From IMG/VR virus record IMGVR_UViG_3300022602_000072: a stretch of 64,000 bases of DNA. One strand, given 5' to 3'. The position numbers and the translations under genes are program-made. This stretch comes from an uncultured virus (IMG/VR IMGVR_UViG_3300022602_000072). Lineage: Duplodnaviria > Heunggongvirae > Uroviricota > Caudoviricetes. A model generated the notes under the pieces. That model saw only the letters and a program-made list of their open reading frames with translations, searched no databases and was not told where the DNA came from. Positions 17,023-26,131 of the stretch are shown here, one piece after another. Every line of letters begins with the position of its first letter. Within the stretch, counting starts at the first letter, position 1.

Positions 17023-17411
17023 GGCAATCTCCTTTCGGATACATAGACACACGGTGTGCCTATGGGGTTTGACCCGTGCCTGCCTAGCGAATCGAACGCT
17101 AGTGATTTCAGCACCAGCGCAGGCTACGGGAGAGTGACCCTTGCCCTTCCTTCTGCCCCTGATGGGTGACCCCCACCCTTAAACTACTGCTACCCAAACT
17201 TCTGGCAGACGAGACGGAGGGTTGAGGGTATATAGACAAAGCAGTGGCCTAAACGGCGGGAAAGTGAGTTAGATCACTGTGTAAAAAATTGGCGGGGGAT
17301 TTCAAGTCTCCTATGATCATAGGTAGGTGTTTTCTAATAGGCAAGCTCAAATAATTCTCAGGAAACTCTAAATGCAGACAGTGGCCTATCAGGGCGTGGT
17401 ATAGTTACACC

Positions 17412-17948
17412 ATGGCAGATAACAACATTCCTGAGGGATATTACCGTGGTAAGAATGGGCGGTTATATCCTGCTAAGCGTGAGTCTCTAATACAGCGTAC
17501 TGCCAGGGAACGAGCAGAGCGGGAAGCTCAAGAGCTTGAGGCTACTGAGGAGCTAGAAGAGCTCCAAGATGAAGAGTTTGATTTTAATCCTACTCGTAAT
17601 CGTATCGGTACATGGCCATCTACCTTTGAGGTGATTGAAGCACCTACAAGTGATAAATCGGACAAAGCAGATAAACGTGATAGAGCGGAGCAGTGCGGCT
17701 ATCATCACGATAGCGAGACGCTAGTAATCATCTTTAGAGCTCCGGTGAAGAAGAACAAGGCAACTGGTACCTATGACCCTACCGGGGAGCCAGAGCCTCT
17801 AATCCGGTATGACGGGGTGGCTAAGTCTCAATGGGAGGGTTTGAAGAGGTCAGACTCTACAGGTCGCTATCTGAGGTCATCCGGTCTTGACGGGCATCCT
17901 TGGAGTAAGACAAATTTCACTCAATTACAAGGTGAGTTCATTAGTTAG
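17412..17948 (+). CDS. KTSC-like domain protein
   Basis: C-terminal Y...ETLVIIF...RYDGV....WEGLKRSDSTGRYL resembles KTSC. Confidence 0.55.
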   Translation: MADNNIPEGYYRGKNGRLYPAKRESLIQRTARERAEREAQELEATEELEELQDEEFDFNPTRNRIGTWPSTFEVIEAPTSDKSDKADKRDRAEQCGYHHDSETLVIIFRAPVKKNKATGTYDPTGEPEPLIRYDGVAKSQWEGLKRSDSTGRYLRSSGLDGHPWSKTNFTQLQGEFIS

Positions 17949-17975
17949 ACAAAATCTCTAAAAGTCGGCTATACT
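17946..17975 (+). promoter_or_regulatory. SigA/sigma70-type promoter for hsp20
   Basis: TAGACA-N18-TATACT. Confidence 0.65.
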
Positions 17976-18034
17976 GTAATTAGAAGCGCCGAATGGGCTT
18001 CTAGTTAACTTATATCGTCTAAGGAGATATAACT

Positions 18035-18547
18035 ATGGCACATCCATATCAAAATACAGGTCCACATGATCCATTTAAGGATCGTTATCAGGACCCATGG
18101 ACAAAACCAAAGCAAATCCAAGTACCAGCACCAGAGATTACAATCCAATCTCTATTTCCTCAATTCAATCGCTGGGCTATCGGTTTTGATCCACTTCTAC
18201 AGACTCTCCAGCAGGTATCTGCTACCGCTAAGCAGGCGAGCTATCCTCCATACAACATCTACAAGGATGAGGACAAATATGTCCTAGAACTGGCTGTAGC
18301 CGGTTTTGGTAAGGAAGATATCACCATTAGCGTAAAAGAGCTCCAGTTGACCGTAGAAGGCCGATTAGAGGCATCTGAGAAGGAACCTATCCATAAGGGA
18401 ATCGCTACCCGTGACTTTAAGCAGAACTTCGTATTAGCGGAGTATGTAGTAGTCAAGGGAGCAGAACTCAAGGATGGCATGCTCCGTATTACTCTAGAGC
18501 AAGAGCTACCCGAAGAGTTGCAACCAAAGTTGATCAAAATCAAATAA
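18035..18547 (+). CDS. Small heat-shock protein (Hsp20/IbpA-like)
   Basis: YPPYNI, LELAVAGF, HKGIATRDF, AELKDGML alpha-crystallin motifs. Confidence 0.93.
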   Translation: MAHPYQNTGPHDPFKDRYQDPWTKPKQIQVPAPEITIQSLFPQFNRWAIGFDPLLQTLQQVSATAKQASYPPYNIYKDEDKYVLELAVAGFGKEDITISVKELQLTVEGRLEASEKEPIHKGIATRDFKQNFVLAEYVVVKGAELKDGMLRITLEQELPEELQPKLIKIK

Positions 18548-18559
18548 TCACGCTATACT
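18530..18559 (+). promoter_or_regulatory. SigA-type promoter for the tRNA cluster
   Basis: TTGATC-N18-TATACT. Confidence 0.6.
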
Positions 18560-18609
18560 GTATGTAGAGCCCCTAGTTTCTACGGCGAATACGTGGCTAG
18601 GGGCTCCGA

Positions 18610-18683
18610 CGCAGAGTGGAGAAGTTCGGCATCTCGCTTGGCTCATAACCAAGAGGTCACGGGTTCAAATCCCGTCTCTGCAA
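18610..18683 (+). tRNA. tRNA-Met (CAU), initiator-like
   Basis: Cloverleaf; anticodon loop CTCATAA; C1:A72 mismatch and A11-U24. Confidence 0.88.
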
Positions 18684-18827
18684 CGAGGTAACACTTGTAT
18701 TGCTTCTCATTTGGTTTGAAGTTTACGCAAGTATCTAGGCGGACGCTAGCACGACCTAGACGGTCTCATCAGGGGACTCGGTTACGAGACCTTACGGCGT
18801 GGTGAAAGATAAACCGACCTGATACTT

Positions 18828-18900
18828 TGACCTTTAGCTCAGCAGGCAGAGCACTCGACTGTTAATCGAGTTGTCCCTGGTTCGATCCCAGGAAGGTCAG
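18828..18900 (+). tRNA. tRNA-Asn (GUU)
   Basis: TGACCTT/AAGGTCA acceptor, CTCGA/TCGAG stem, loop CTGTTAA, T-loop TTCGATC. Confidence 0.92.
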
Positions 18901-18959
18901 CGACGGTACGAGTGTGATTCCGTATGAAAGATTGCGATCTGCGTGCCGCCCATATTTTT

Positions 18960-19030
18960 TCCCGAATCGTATAACGGTAGTACAGGTGCCTCTGGAGCAC
19001 TCAGTTGTGGTTCGAATCCATGTTCGGGAG
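18960..19030 (+). tRNA. tRNA-Gln (CUG)
   Basis: TCCCGAA/TTCGGGA acceptor, anticodon loop CTCTGGA, T-loop TTCGAAT. Confidence 0.82.
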
Positions 19031-19229
19031 CTAGGGCAACGAATGTAAGGAAGTATTATGGAAAAGAAAGAAGTAACACCCGAAGATTTAGACAAATGGG
19101 CTGAAGAGTACGAAACTACTCATAGTGCTACAATTGTCCCAAGTAAAGAACAGATGGATGCTATCTGGGAGACCCAGCAGTCATTTGAAGAGTAACTACA
19201 CCCGTCCCGCCGAAAGTATGGAGAAGTAA

Positions 19230-19364
19230 ATGGCTACAATAGAATATAAGTGTCCTTCTTGCAAGTGGAGTGCCGATATTGAAATTGGTGAACTTCTCGC
19301 TGATGCAAAGACTGTGAATGTATCTCCTTGCCCAGAGTGTGGTGCTGATCTGGTAGAGGCATAA
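19230..19364 (+). CDS. Small zinc-ribbon protein
   Basis: MATIEYKCPSC...CPECG; GGAG RBS. Confidence 0.65.
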   Translation: MATIEYKCPSCKWSADIEIGELLADAKTVNVSPCPECGADLVEA

Positions 19365-19525
19365 TGCCTAACTACGATTACAAGTGCAACGTCTGTGGAG
19401 GCGTTCAAGAGATTTATCAGTCTTTTGGTGATGACAGTATCCCTGTCTGTTGCCAACAGTCTATGAGTAAGATTTTCCAAGCTACCCCCGCCGTTTTTAA
19501 GGGTGGAGGTTGGGGAGGACAATGA
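19364..19525 (+). CDS. FmdB-family zinc-ribbon protein
   Basis: MPNYDYKCNVC...VCC..M.KIF...AVFKGGGW. Confidence 0.75.
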   Translation: MPNYDYKCNVCGGVQEIYQSFGDDSIPVCCQQSMSKIFQATPAVFKGGGWGGQ

Positions 19526-19947
19526 GCGATCGATATCGTGCAAGGCACTTTAGGCCTGTTGTCGATTACGATAACTATGCCGCTATTGCTGCTGCCTTAA
19601 AGTACGATAGAGAGCGTAGCCGTGTATGTGGGCCAGGATATGAAGAGATTCCCGCCCCCACCTCCGGTGGTCCACGCCCCCGAGCTCAGAAGTGCTGCTA
19701 TAACGCTAATACTGAAACTCTTGTCATTGTAATGACAGACCCGTCCGTCGGCGGAAGAGCCCAATATACTTGGATTCAGTACGATGGCGTTTTGCCCGAA
19801 ATGTGGGATATGTTAAAAACAGCCAATTCCACTAATGACTTTGTAAATGATGCATTATTGGGCCTTCCTTGGCTCAGAACCTCATATGGAACTCTACCCC
19901 GTACTCGGGCTGAGACCTTTGAGGTAGGCGTTCAAGAGTACATGTGA
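19522..19947 (+). CDS. KTSC-like domain protein (paralogue of 17412)
   Basis: Shares APTS...RA..C.Y....ETLVI...YDGV....W..LK...ST with the 17412 ORF. Confidence 0.6.
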   Translation: MSDRYRARHFRPVVDYDNYAAIAAALKYDRERSRVCGPGYEEIPAPTSGGPRPRAQKCCYNANTETLVIVMTDPSVGGRAQYTWIQYDGVLPEMWDMLKTANSTNDFVNDALLGLPWLRTSYGTLPRTRAETFEVGVQEYM

Positions 19948-19977
19948 TACCCTTAGGGGAACCTACGAGAGGGAAAA

Positions 19978-20562
19978 ATGACAACAATCGCTGCAATTCA
20001 GGGTGACGGCTGGGTAGTTATGGGTGCAGATACCCAAGCAACCTATTACGAGTACCGTAAAGTGCAAATGAACGATCATAAGGTTATCGATAACAACGGC
20101 ATCCTTATCGCAGGTTGTGGGCTTGGTCGAGGTATGAACCTCCTACAACGAGCTTGGAAGGCCCCAAAGCCACGTGCTAACTCTACTGTTGAACAGTTAG
20201 ACACCTGGATGGTTAAGACTTTTATTCCCGGCATGCGTCAGCTATTTATTGATGGCGGATACGACATGAAGGATGATGGCGATTACGCACAATATGAGAA
20301 CGTGTTTATCATAGCTGTCCAAGGTATCGTCTATATTATTGATGAAGACTACTCATACGACCGTGACATCCGTAACTACATTACCTCAGGTAGTGGTGGA
20401 GACTTTGCTCAAGGCTCTTTATTCCAGGCCGCAAAGACTAGCTCACGTCTATTTACCGATATAGAGTACGCTAAGAAGGCTATGACTACGGCAATTGATG
20501 CTTCAAGGGAATTTGATGTCAACTCTGGTGGAGAAACCCGCATTTACGTACAAGAAGCCTAG
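19978..20562 (+). CDS. Ntn-hydrolase, proteasome beta/HslV-like protease
   Basis: N-terminal TTIAA nucleophile, GADTQ, SGSGG, D..SGG motifs. Confidence 0.8.
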   Translation: MTTIAAIQGDGWVVMGADTQATYYEYRKVQMNDHKVIDNNGILIAGCGLGRGMNLLQRAWKAPKPRANSTVEQLDTWMVKTFIPGMRQLFIDGGYDMKDDGDYAQYENVFIIAVQGIVYIIDEDYSYDRDIRNYITSGSGGDFAQGSLFQAAKTSSRLFTDIEYAKKAMTTAIDASREFDVNSGGETRIYVQEA

Positions 20563-20624
20563 TACCTCTGTTACCATTGCCCTGTCTCTTGGGCAAGACT
20601 CTCTAACCCTCTCTAGATAGGACT

Positions 20625-21734
20625 ATGTACATGGCAACTAATCTCGAAGGCAATAGCCTAGAGTCATGGACAGTTTATACTGGTAACCCAATTACCGGTA
20701 ACACAAGCTTGTCTGTGTCAACAACCTCAGCAACATACGCATACGCAATGTTGCAAAATGTAACCACATCAACTGTTACGGGTCGCCCTAACGTTGATTT
20801 CGTATGGGGTAACTTCCCACTACAACCAAACGATGAGCGTTCTGCAGGAACACCTTCCGCAACTGTTACAGTTGGCGGCTCACAGAACGTCCAATGGACC
20901 AACACTTCTACCGTAAACTCTGCATACTTGGATTACACCAAGGATACCCAGAACATCGCAGAAGCTAATTACTCAGGATTCCCAAGCTTTATTGCTGGAG
21001 ACCCAATCCTTCGTGTAACAGCTGCTTCGGGCAACGGAACAACCGTCACCTATACAGCTCAATCAAACGGAATCAATCCAGCTTCATTGGTTGGACAGAA
21101 CGTATCGATCTCAGGTCTCACAACCTCTGCATTCAACCTTACAAACGCTACAATCGCATCAGCAACTGCATACCAGTTCACAGTAACTAATGCAGCTGGT
21201 TCAGGCGTATCAATCACTGGTCAAACAGGCTACGCACAACTTGGTGCTGGGGCATCTGACTCAGATGGTTCATTCGTAGGCGGAACTGCTTATGTAAATG
21301 TTCCATCAGTTCTAGGTCTTTCGACCACTAATGCTCAAACACTTCTTGGTGATGTCGAGCTTGTTGCTACCACAGCTTCTGCTGCAACCAACACACCGAT
21401 CTCAATCACAGCTGCTGCTCGTACAGCTAGCTCAGCTACTGCAACTGTTACTGCTACAGGTGCTGGCGCTGCATTCCCAATTGGTACAAAGATCACAATC
21501 GCTGGTCTTGCAGATGCTACAACAACAGAACTTAACGGTACATGGACTGTTACCGCAAGTGCGACAAACACCGTCTCATTTGTCTCTAACGGAACAACCG
21601 CTATCGCTGTTGCTTCACCTACAGGTACCCCAACAGTCAAGGGTGCTTCTGCAACAATCAAGACCCAGAGCATTGCTGCAGGTACTGCATCAACCGCTGC
21701 TGGTGCTGCGATCACAATCACACCTTGGGCCTAA
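20625..21734 (+). CDS. Ser/Thr/Ala-rich probable virion protein with beta modules and a PASTA-like segment
   Basis: Composition; module shared with sheath and fibres; VPSVLGLSTTNAQTLL. Confidence 0.6.
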   Translation: MYMATNLEGNSLESWTVYTGNPITGNTSLSVSTTSATYAYAMLQNVTTSTVTGRPNVDFVWGNFPLQPNDERSAGTPSATVTVGGSQNVQWTNTSTVNSAYLDYTKDTQNIAEANYSGFPSFIAGDPILRVTAASGNGTTVTYTAQSNGINPASLVGQNVSISGLTTSAFNLTNATIASATAYQFTVTNAAGSGVSITGQTGYAQLGAGASDSDGSFVGGTAYVNVPSVLGLSTTNAQTLLGDVELVATTASAATNTPISITAAARTASSATATVTATGAGAAFPIGTKITIAGLADATTTELNGTWTVTASATNTVSFVSNGTTAIAVASPTGTPTVKGASATIKTQSIAAGTASTAAGAAITITPWA

Positions 21735-21750
21735 TAGCCTAAATGTAATT

Positions 21751-21778
21751 AGCCGGGAGTTAACGCTCCCGGCTTTTT
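21751..21778 (+). terminator. Intrinsic terminator
   Basis: AGCCGGGAG/CTCCCGGCT stem plus T tract. Confidence 0.8.
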
Positions 21779-21800
21779 GCTTTAGTGAGAGAATACTCGT

Positions 21801-22058
21801 ATGACTCACCCAAAGAAAGAGCATCGCCAGTTCAAGGTGCCTCTAAAGGACCCTGCAACAGTAGGGCGGCTGGGTGACGCTCGCTTTCCCCTCCCCAATT
21901 CTGTAGTAGACTACGACCAGCTTTACTATGGATTAGGCCCAGATTCTGATATAGACATGGATCAATACCAAGGAATGGATGCAGATGACACAGCTACTGG
22001 AACCGGAGTTACAGGCAATGCCGCTGGCGGAGGAATCTCAGGAGCGAATTCAATGTGA
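21801..22058 (+). CDS. Hypothetical protein
   Basis: ORF. Confidence 0.5.
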   Translation: MTHPKKEHRQFKVPLKDPATVGRLGDARFPLPNSVVDYDQLYYGLGPDSDIDMDQYQGMDADDTATGTGVTGNAAGGGISGANSM

Positions 22059-22221
22059 TAGCTGCTCAGCTAGGGCTAAAGTCCTAGTAGAGCTCCCATA
22101 CGGGGTTTTGAGCTTCTGTATCCACCACTATAATAAAAACTCTCATGTGCTTACAGAACAGGGCGGAGTTGCTAAACTTTTGTCCATATCGGAAAAGACA
22201 GGATCTTTAGATGAATCTTAA
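21979..22221 (+). CDS. Small CxxC...CxHH zinc-binding protein (DUF7455-like)
   Basis: CDSCSARA...LSFCIHHY pattern seen in actinobacteria and actinophages; true start probably later. Confidence 0.55.
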   Translation: MQMTQLLEPELQAMPLAEESQERIQCDSCSARAKVLVELPYGVLSFCIHHYNKNSHVLTEQGGVAKLLSISEKTGSLDES

Positions 22222-22882
22222 TGGCGGTCAGAATATCTCCCCAGCCGGCGGTGCAGGAGGAGGAGGAAACTTCTTGAACCAACTTCTAGGTGGTGTAGGA
22301 AGTATTCGTCAGATGAAGAATAAGATGCAACTTCAGCAAAGTCTTGCTCTTTTTAATGATAAGTTAATGCGTGATCGCATGGATAAGCAACATGAACAAG
22401 GTTTAGAGCGTGATGCGTTTAACCACGTCGCAAAGAACATGGCTGAGGGTCTCGGAACCCAATCTAACTTTGAGGCTAATCGCCAATCTTACATTGATAC
22501 CCATGGCGAAGAAGAAGGCAATCGTTTGTGGAAAGAACACTCCGCACTTGCTGGAATTCGTAATGGTGTCCTAGGAGATATCTCCCTTAGGGTTCAAGAA
22601 GAAAAGAATGCCGCAGATAGGCAAAAAATTAAAACAGAAAATGCAAAGCCTGCAGCCTCTGATGTTTTCAACGCACTTAAGCCTGGAACAACCTTTTCAG
22701 AAAATACGGCCGGTGCTGAAGGACGTACTGGCGTATTTAATCAAAGCCTAGCTACTGCAAAAACACCTCTAGGTCAGATTAAGAATGCTCAGGGTGACTG
22801 GGAAGACGTTAAAGATGAAAGTGGTAGCACTACCGGCCCACTTTTCAATGAAGAACACGCTACAGGACTTTTGGAGGACTAA
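22211..22882 (+). CDS. Hypothetical protein
   Basis: 223-aa ORF. Confidence 0.7.
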   Translation: MNLNGGQNISPAGGAGGGGNFLNQLLGGVGSIRQMKNKMQLQQSLALFNDKLMRDRMDKQHEQGLERDAFNHVAKNMAEGLGTQSNFEANRQSYIDTHGEEEGNRLWKEHSALAGIRNGVLGDISLRVQEEKNAADRQKIKTENAKPAASDVFNALKPGTTFSENTAGAEGRTGVFNQSLATAKTPLGQIKNAQGDWEDVKDESGSTTGPLFNEEHATGLLED

Positions 22883-22884
22883 TA

Positions 22885-25725
22885 ATGGGCCAATTTGATA
22901 AGTACACTGCTCCTGGAAAAGGTGGACAAAGTGTTGTCCGTTTGCCATTTGCAGATCGTCCTGAGATTGTACGCACTGAGACAAGCGACATTGAGCAAAA
23001 TCCAGAGCGTTTTGAAGAAACCTCTACGGGAGTTGCTGAAGAACGTCGCAGTGATCAGCCTGCACCAGATGTCTTGGAAAGAATGGCAGCAAAGCGAGAG
23101 CAAGATAAAGATGCTCGCTTAGCAAAGCGTGGTCTTGCCAGAAAAGCAAAGCGTGAGCGTGTAGAAACTTATAAAAACTTAGCAACTACCACTATGCGTA
23201 TGGGACCTAATGGTAAAGAGTACGATCTAGAAGATCTTAATCGTGGCACTCGTGAGCGAGTTGCCAACCGTGTTGTAGGTCAATTTACACCAGAACAACA
23301 GGCGCAAGAAGCTGCAAAGGCTAATCGCCGCGGTGAAGCTCGAGCACGTCTGGATAGAATTAAAAACACCCTAATTGGTAAGGGAACAAAAGATACCGCA
23401 GCTAATTCTGGCGGTGCTCTTGCAGATACTCCTATTCCTGAATATGATTCAAATGGCGAACTAAACTATCCATATAATGATCCAAGCTCTCCAGCTAGTA
23501 CTACATACCGTCTTGGTGCAGAAGGAAAGCTAAAAAGTGGAGAAAAAGTTACAGTATCTGAGACTGGACCTGCACGTGTTATAGAGTCTGGACTTAATCA
23601 GGCATATAGAACTCCTAAGGGAGATACTGTCACGGCTGCAGAAAAAGCAGATAGTCTTAAGGGTCAGCAATTCCGTTCATCTAAGGATGCTCAGCTAGAT
23701 AAGCTATCTACTGACGCAGAGCGTGCAGTATCTGAAGAAGATGTAGAGACTCCTTTAGTGGGTTCTTCAGGCTCAAAGCAGCGTGAAGCAGCAAGCATTG
23801 ATGAAGAAGACACGGCTGCAGAAAACAAGCGCAACTTGTCATTGTCTGAGGATGAAGAGTCTGGATCTACCTCTGGTGTTAAAGAGCCTAAGAATTGGTC
23901 TGAGCAAAATCTTTGGGATGAAAACGGCAATCTAAAGGACGAGTATAACCTAAGCAATAATGCTGCCGATCCTCTTAGCACAACCACTATGCGTATGAGG
24001 GATATCTCCCCAGGTATTTATCGTTCTCCAAAGCATAAGCGTATGCATAAGGCACGTCAAGCAGCGTTTGCTGAAATGAACGCTCGCCATGAAGATGAAA
24101 TTTCAAAAGAAGGAAATCTTTCTGATTCGGAGCAAGAGGCTGCACACAATCGCCGTGTAGCTGAGCGCAGCGAGTTTGAACAGAAGCACGCTGAGCCTGC
24201 CGAAGGTTACTTCCGTGATAATTGGGAAGATCGTGAGATGGTTCCTAATTATGAGCCAGGAGATGATTCTGACTTCTACGAAGGTAAAGTTAAAGAAGTT
24301 GCAAAGCCAATTGTTAAAGAGCCTCGCCTAACTGCTAAAAATGTTGTTAATCGCAGCACAGCTAGTGAGCCAGGTGTTGGAAGAACTTTTGAAAGCGTTG
24401 AGGTTGAGGACCAATTAGGTCGTCCAGAGACTCTTGAAGAAGAAAATGCTAGGGTTAGAAAGCGTCGTATGCCAGGAGGCCTGGGCACTCATGACCTAAA
24501 TCTAAATGAAACCACTGCTGGTCGTCCTCCTGCTAAGACTTCAGAGCGAAATGCTATTGAAACCGGTAGGATGATAAACCGTGCAAATGCCGGCACAGAG
24601 ATTACTACCATGGAGCCGCACGTTATTGATCGTGCTAAGCGTCTTTCTGCTCGATTGGCCCCAGATCTTCCTGAAACTGATTCGGGTCACCCAAATCACC
24701 CAGCCTTTGCTCGTAGTGACTATGCAAAGATGGCCTTTGTTATGAACCATGCCGGAATCCCTGAGACTAGGGATAACGGAGACTACAACCATTTAACTAA
24801 GTTCTTGGGTACTAATTCAAGCAACTTTAGCAATAATCTTGAATATGCTCGTCAAGTCATTGATAATAAGAAGCGTTTCCAATCAGGAAAGATGGTTGAA
24901 TACCATCCTAATAACGGCAACGTTGATGTAGCAACAGACTTCTTTAGGCATGGCAATGAAGTCATTCCTTTGAGTGATATGAGCCATCCACATAACCCAC
25001 TTCGTAATGGACCTATGCGTGGTTCAGAATCACCATTTATGGGATTCAATGGAGACTCTAGGTCTCAAAGTGGTATTAAGCCTACGGCCAAAGGAAAGAT
25101 CGGTAAGGGCGTTGACTGGCTGCATGAAGGTTGGCATCCATATAAGGATCAAAACGGAAACCGTGTGTTTGAAAACCACAGTGTATCCGGAGCAACCCAT
25201 ATTGCTGATCTAGTTACAGACTCTATTAAGCGTGGTCGCAGTTTCGGTAACATGATGACACGTCTAAAGCGTGGTTCTGAAATGGGTTTTAGAAGCGGTG
25301 AGAATAAGCGCCATATTTCACAAGGACCTATCCATCGTGATGGAAAGCCTGTTGATATGGAAGCTGAGCACCAAACTCACGTAGCTGGCGGTACAAATAA
25401 CCCTCAGTGCCCAGAGTGTGTAAAGCTTGCTAGTGCAGCGTCTAGAAAGCGTGGACAGGAAGCTGCCGCCAGCTTTGACCCACTTCGTCAGAGTCTTTTG
25501 GAAGAAGGCAAGCCACCTCTTGCTGCAAGCAACGGAGTACCAGGTAAGACCTTGTCTATTCAGGTTAATGGTGAGAATAAAGTACTAGAAGGAACAGAGC
25601 CTGAAGCTAAGCTTATGGACACTGTTAAGCCTTCTGATGATAAGTTTATTCTTCCAAACCCTAGAGAAGTATTTGAAACTCGTAAGAAGCGTGGAAATAA
25701 CAAGCCTGACACTTCAGCAGAGTAG
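22885..25725 (+). CDS. Large hydrophilic hypothetical protein (946 aa)
   Basis: Long ORF, charged and low in hydrophobic residues. Confidence 0.8.
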   Translation: MGQFDKYTAPGKGGQSVVRLPFADRPEIVRTETSDIEQNPERFEETSTGVAEERRSDQPAPDVLERMAAKREQDKDARLAKRGLARKAKRERVETYKNLATTTMRMGPNGKEYDLEDLNRGTRERVANRVVGQFTPEQQAQEAAKANRRGEARARLDRIKNTLIGKGTKDTAANSGGALADTPIPEYDSNGELNYPYNDPSSPASTTYRLGAEGKLKSGEKVTVSETGPARVIESGLNQAYRTPKGDTVTAAEKADSLKGQQFRSSKDAQLDKLSTDAERAVSEEDVETPLVGSSGSKQREAASIDEEDTAAENKRNLSLSEDEESGSTSGVKEPKNWSEQNLWDENGNLKDEYNLSNNAADPLSTTTMRMRDISPGIYRSPKHKRMHKARQAAFAEMNARHEDEISKEGNLSDSEQEAAHNRRVAERSEFEQKHAEPAEGYFRDNWEDREMVPNYEPGDDSDFYEGKVKEVAKPIVKEPRLTAKNVVNRSTASEPGVGRTFESVEVEDQLGRPETLEEENARVRKRRMPGGLGTHDLNLNETTAGRPPAKTSERNAIETGRMINRANAGTEITTMEPHVIDRAKRLSARLAPDLPETDSGHPNHPAFARSDYAKMAFVMNHAGIPETRDNGDYNHLTKFLGTNSSNFSNNLEYARQVIDNKKRFQSGKMVEYHPNNGNVDVATDFFRHGNEVIPLSDMSHPHNPLRNGPMRGSESPFMGFNGDSRSQSGIKPTAKGKIGKGVDWLHEGWHPYKDQNGNRVFENHSVSGATHIADLVTDSIKRGRSFGNMMTRLKRGSEMGFRSGENKRHISQGPIHRDGKPVDMEAEHQTHVAGGTNNPQCPECVKLASAASRKRGQEAAASFDPLRQSLLEEGKPPLAASNGVPGKTLSIQVNGENKVLEGTEPEAKLMDTVKPSDDKFILPNPREVFETRKKRGNNKPDTSAE

Positions 25726-25730
25726 TTCCT

Positions 25731-25928
25731 ATGAAAGATTATCGTTTTCAGATCTTTCAAGATAGCGCTACATTTTGTGAGTCTTGTGGCAAGATGCCAC
25801 CAAACTTACGATATAGGGCTAATGAAGCAAAGACTTTTCTTACCAATCAACGGTATGAGAAGGATCCTAATAGGGAAACTTTTGTAGCACGTCCTGGACG
25901 TGGTGCTAATGGTGAATCGAGCAACTAA
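25731..25928 (+). CDS. Hypothetical protein
   Basis: ORF coupled to neighbours. Confidence 0.55.
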   Translation: MKDYRFQIFQDSATFCESCGKMPPNLRYRANEAKTFLTNQRYEKDPNRETFVARPGRGANGESSN

Positions 25929-26131
25929 TGGCAAGAAAGATTGACTACCAGGTTGGTGGTAAGGTAAACGGCCTTACAAGCCACTCCTGGACTTGTCGTA
26001 CTTGTGCCTATCATGTAACCAAACTTGGTGGGGCTTCTGCCATTCGTGCTGGTAAAAAGGAAGCAAATAACCACGATTGTGTGGATACTTCTCAACATGC
26101 AGAAAAAGATCGGAAGGATATATTCGGATGA
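25928..26131 (+). CDS. Hypothetical protein (CxxC...H)
   Basis: ORF coupled to neighbours. Confidence 0.55.
   Translation: MARKIDYQVGGKVNGLTSHSWTCRTCAYHVTKLGGASAIRAGKKEANNHDCVDTSQHAEKDRKDIFG

Noticed and set aside
18749..18772. Minus-strand CUGAUGA followed by a GACC/GGUC stem (hammerhead-like)
   Set aside because: The required GAAA after stem II is GUGC, I could not build stems I and III, and it is antisense to the tRNA operon
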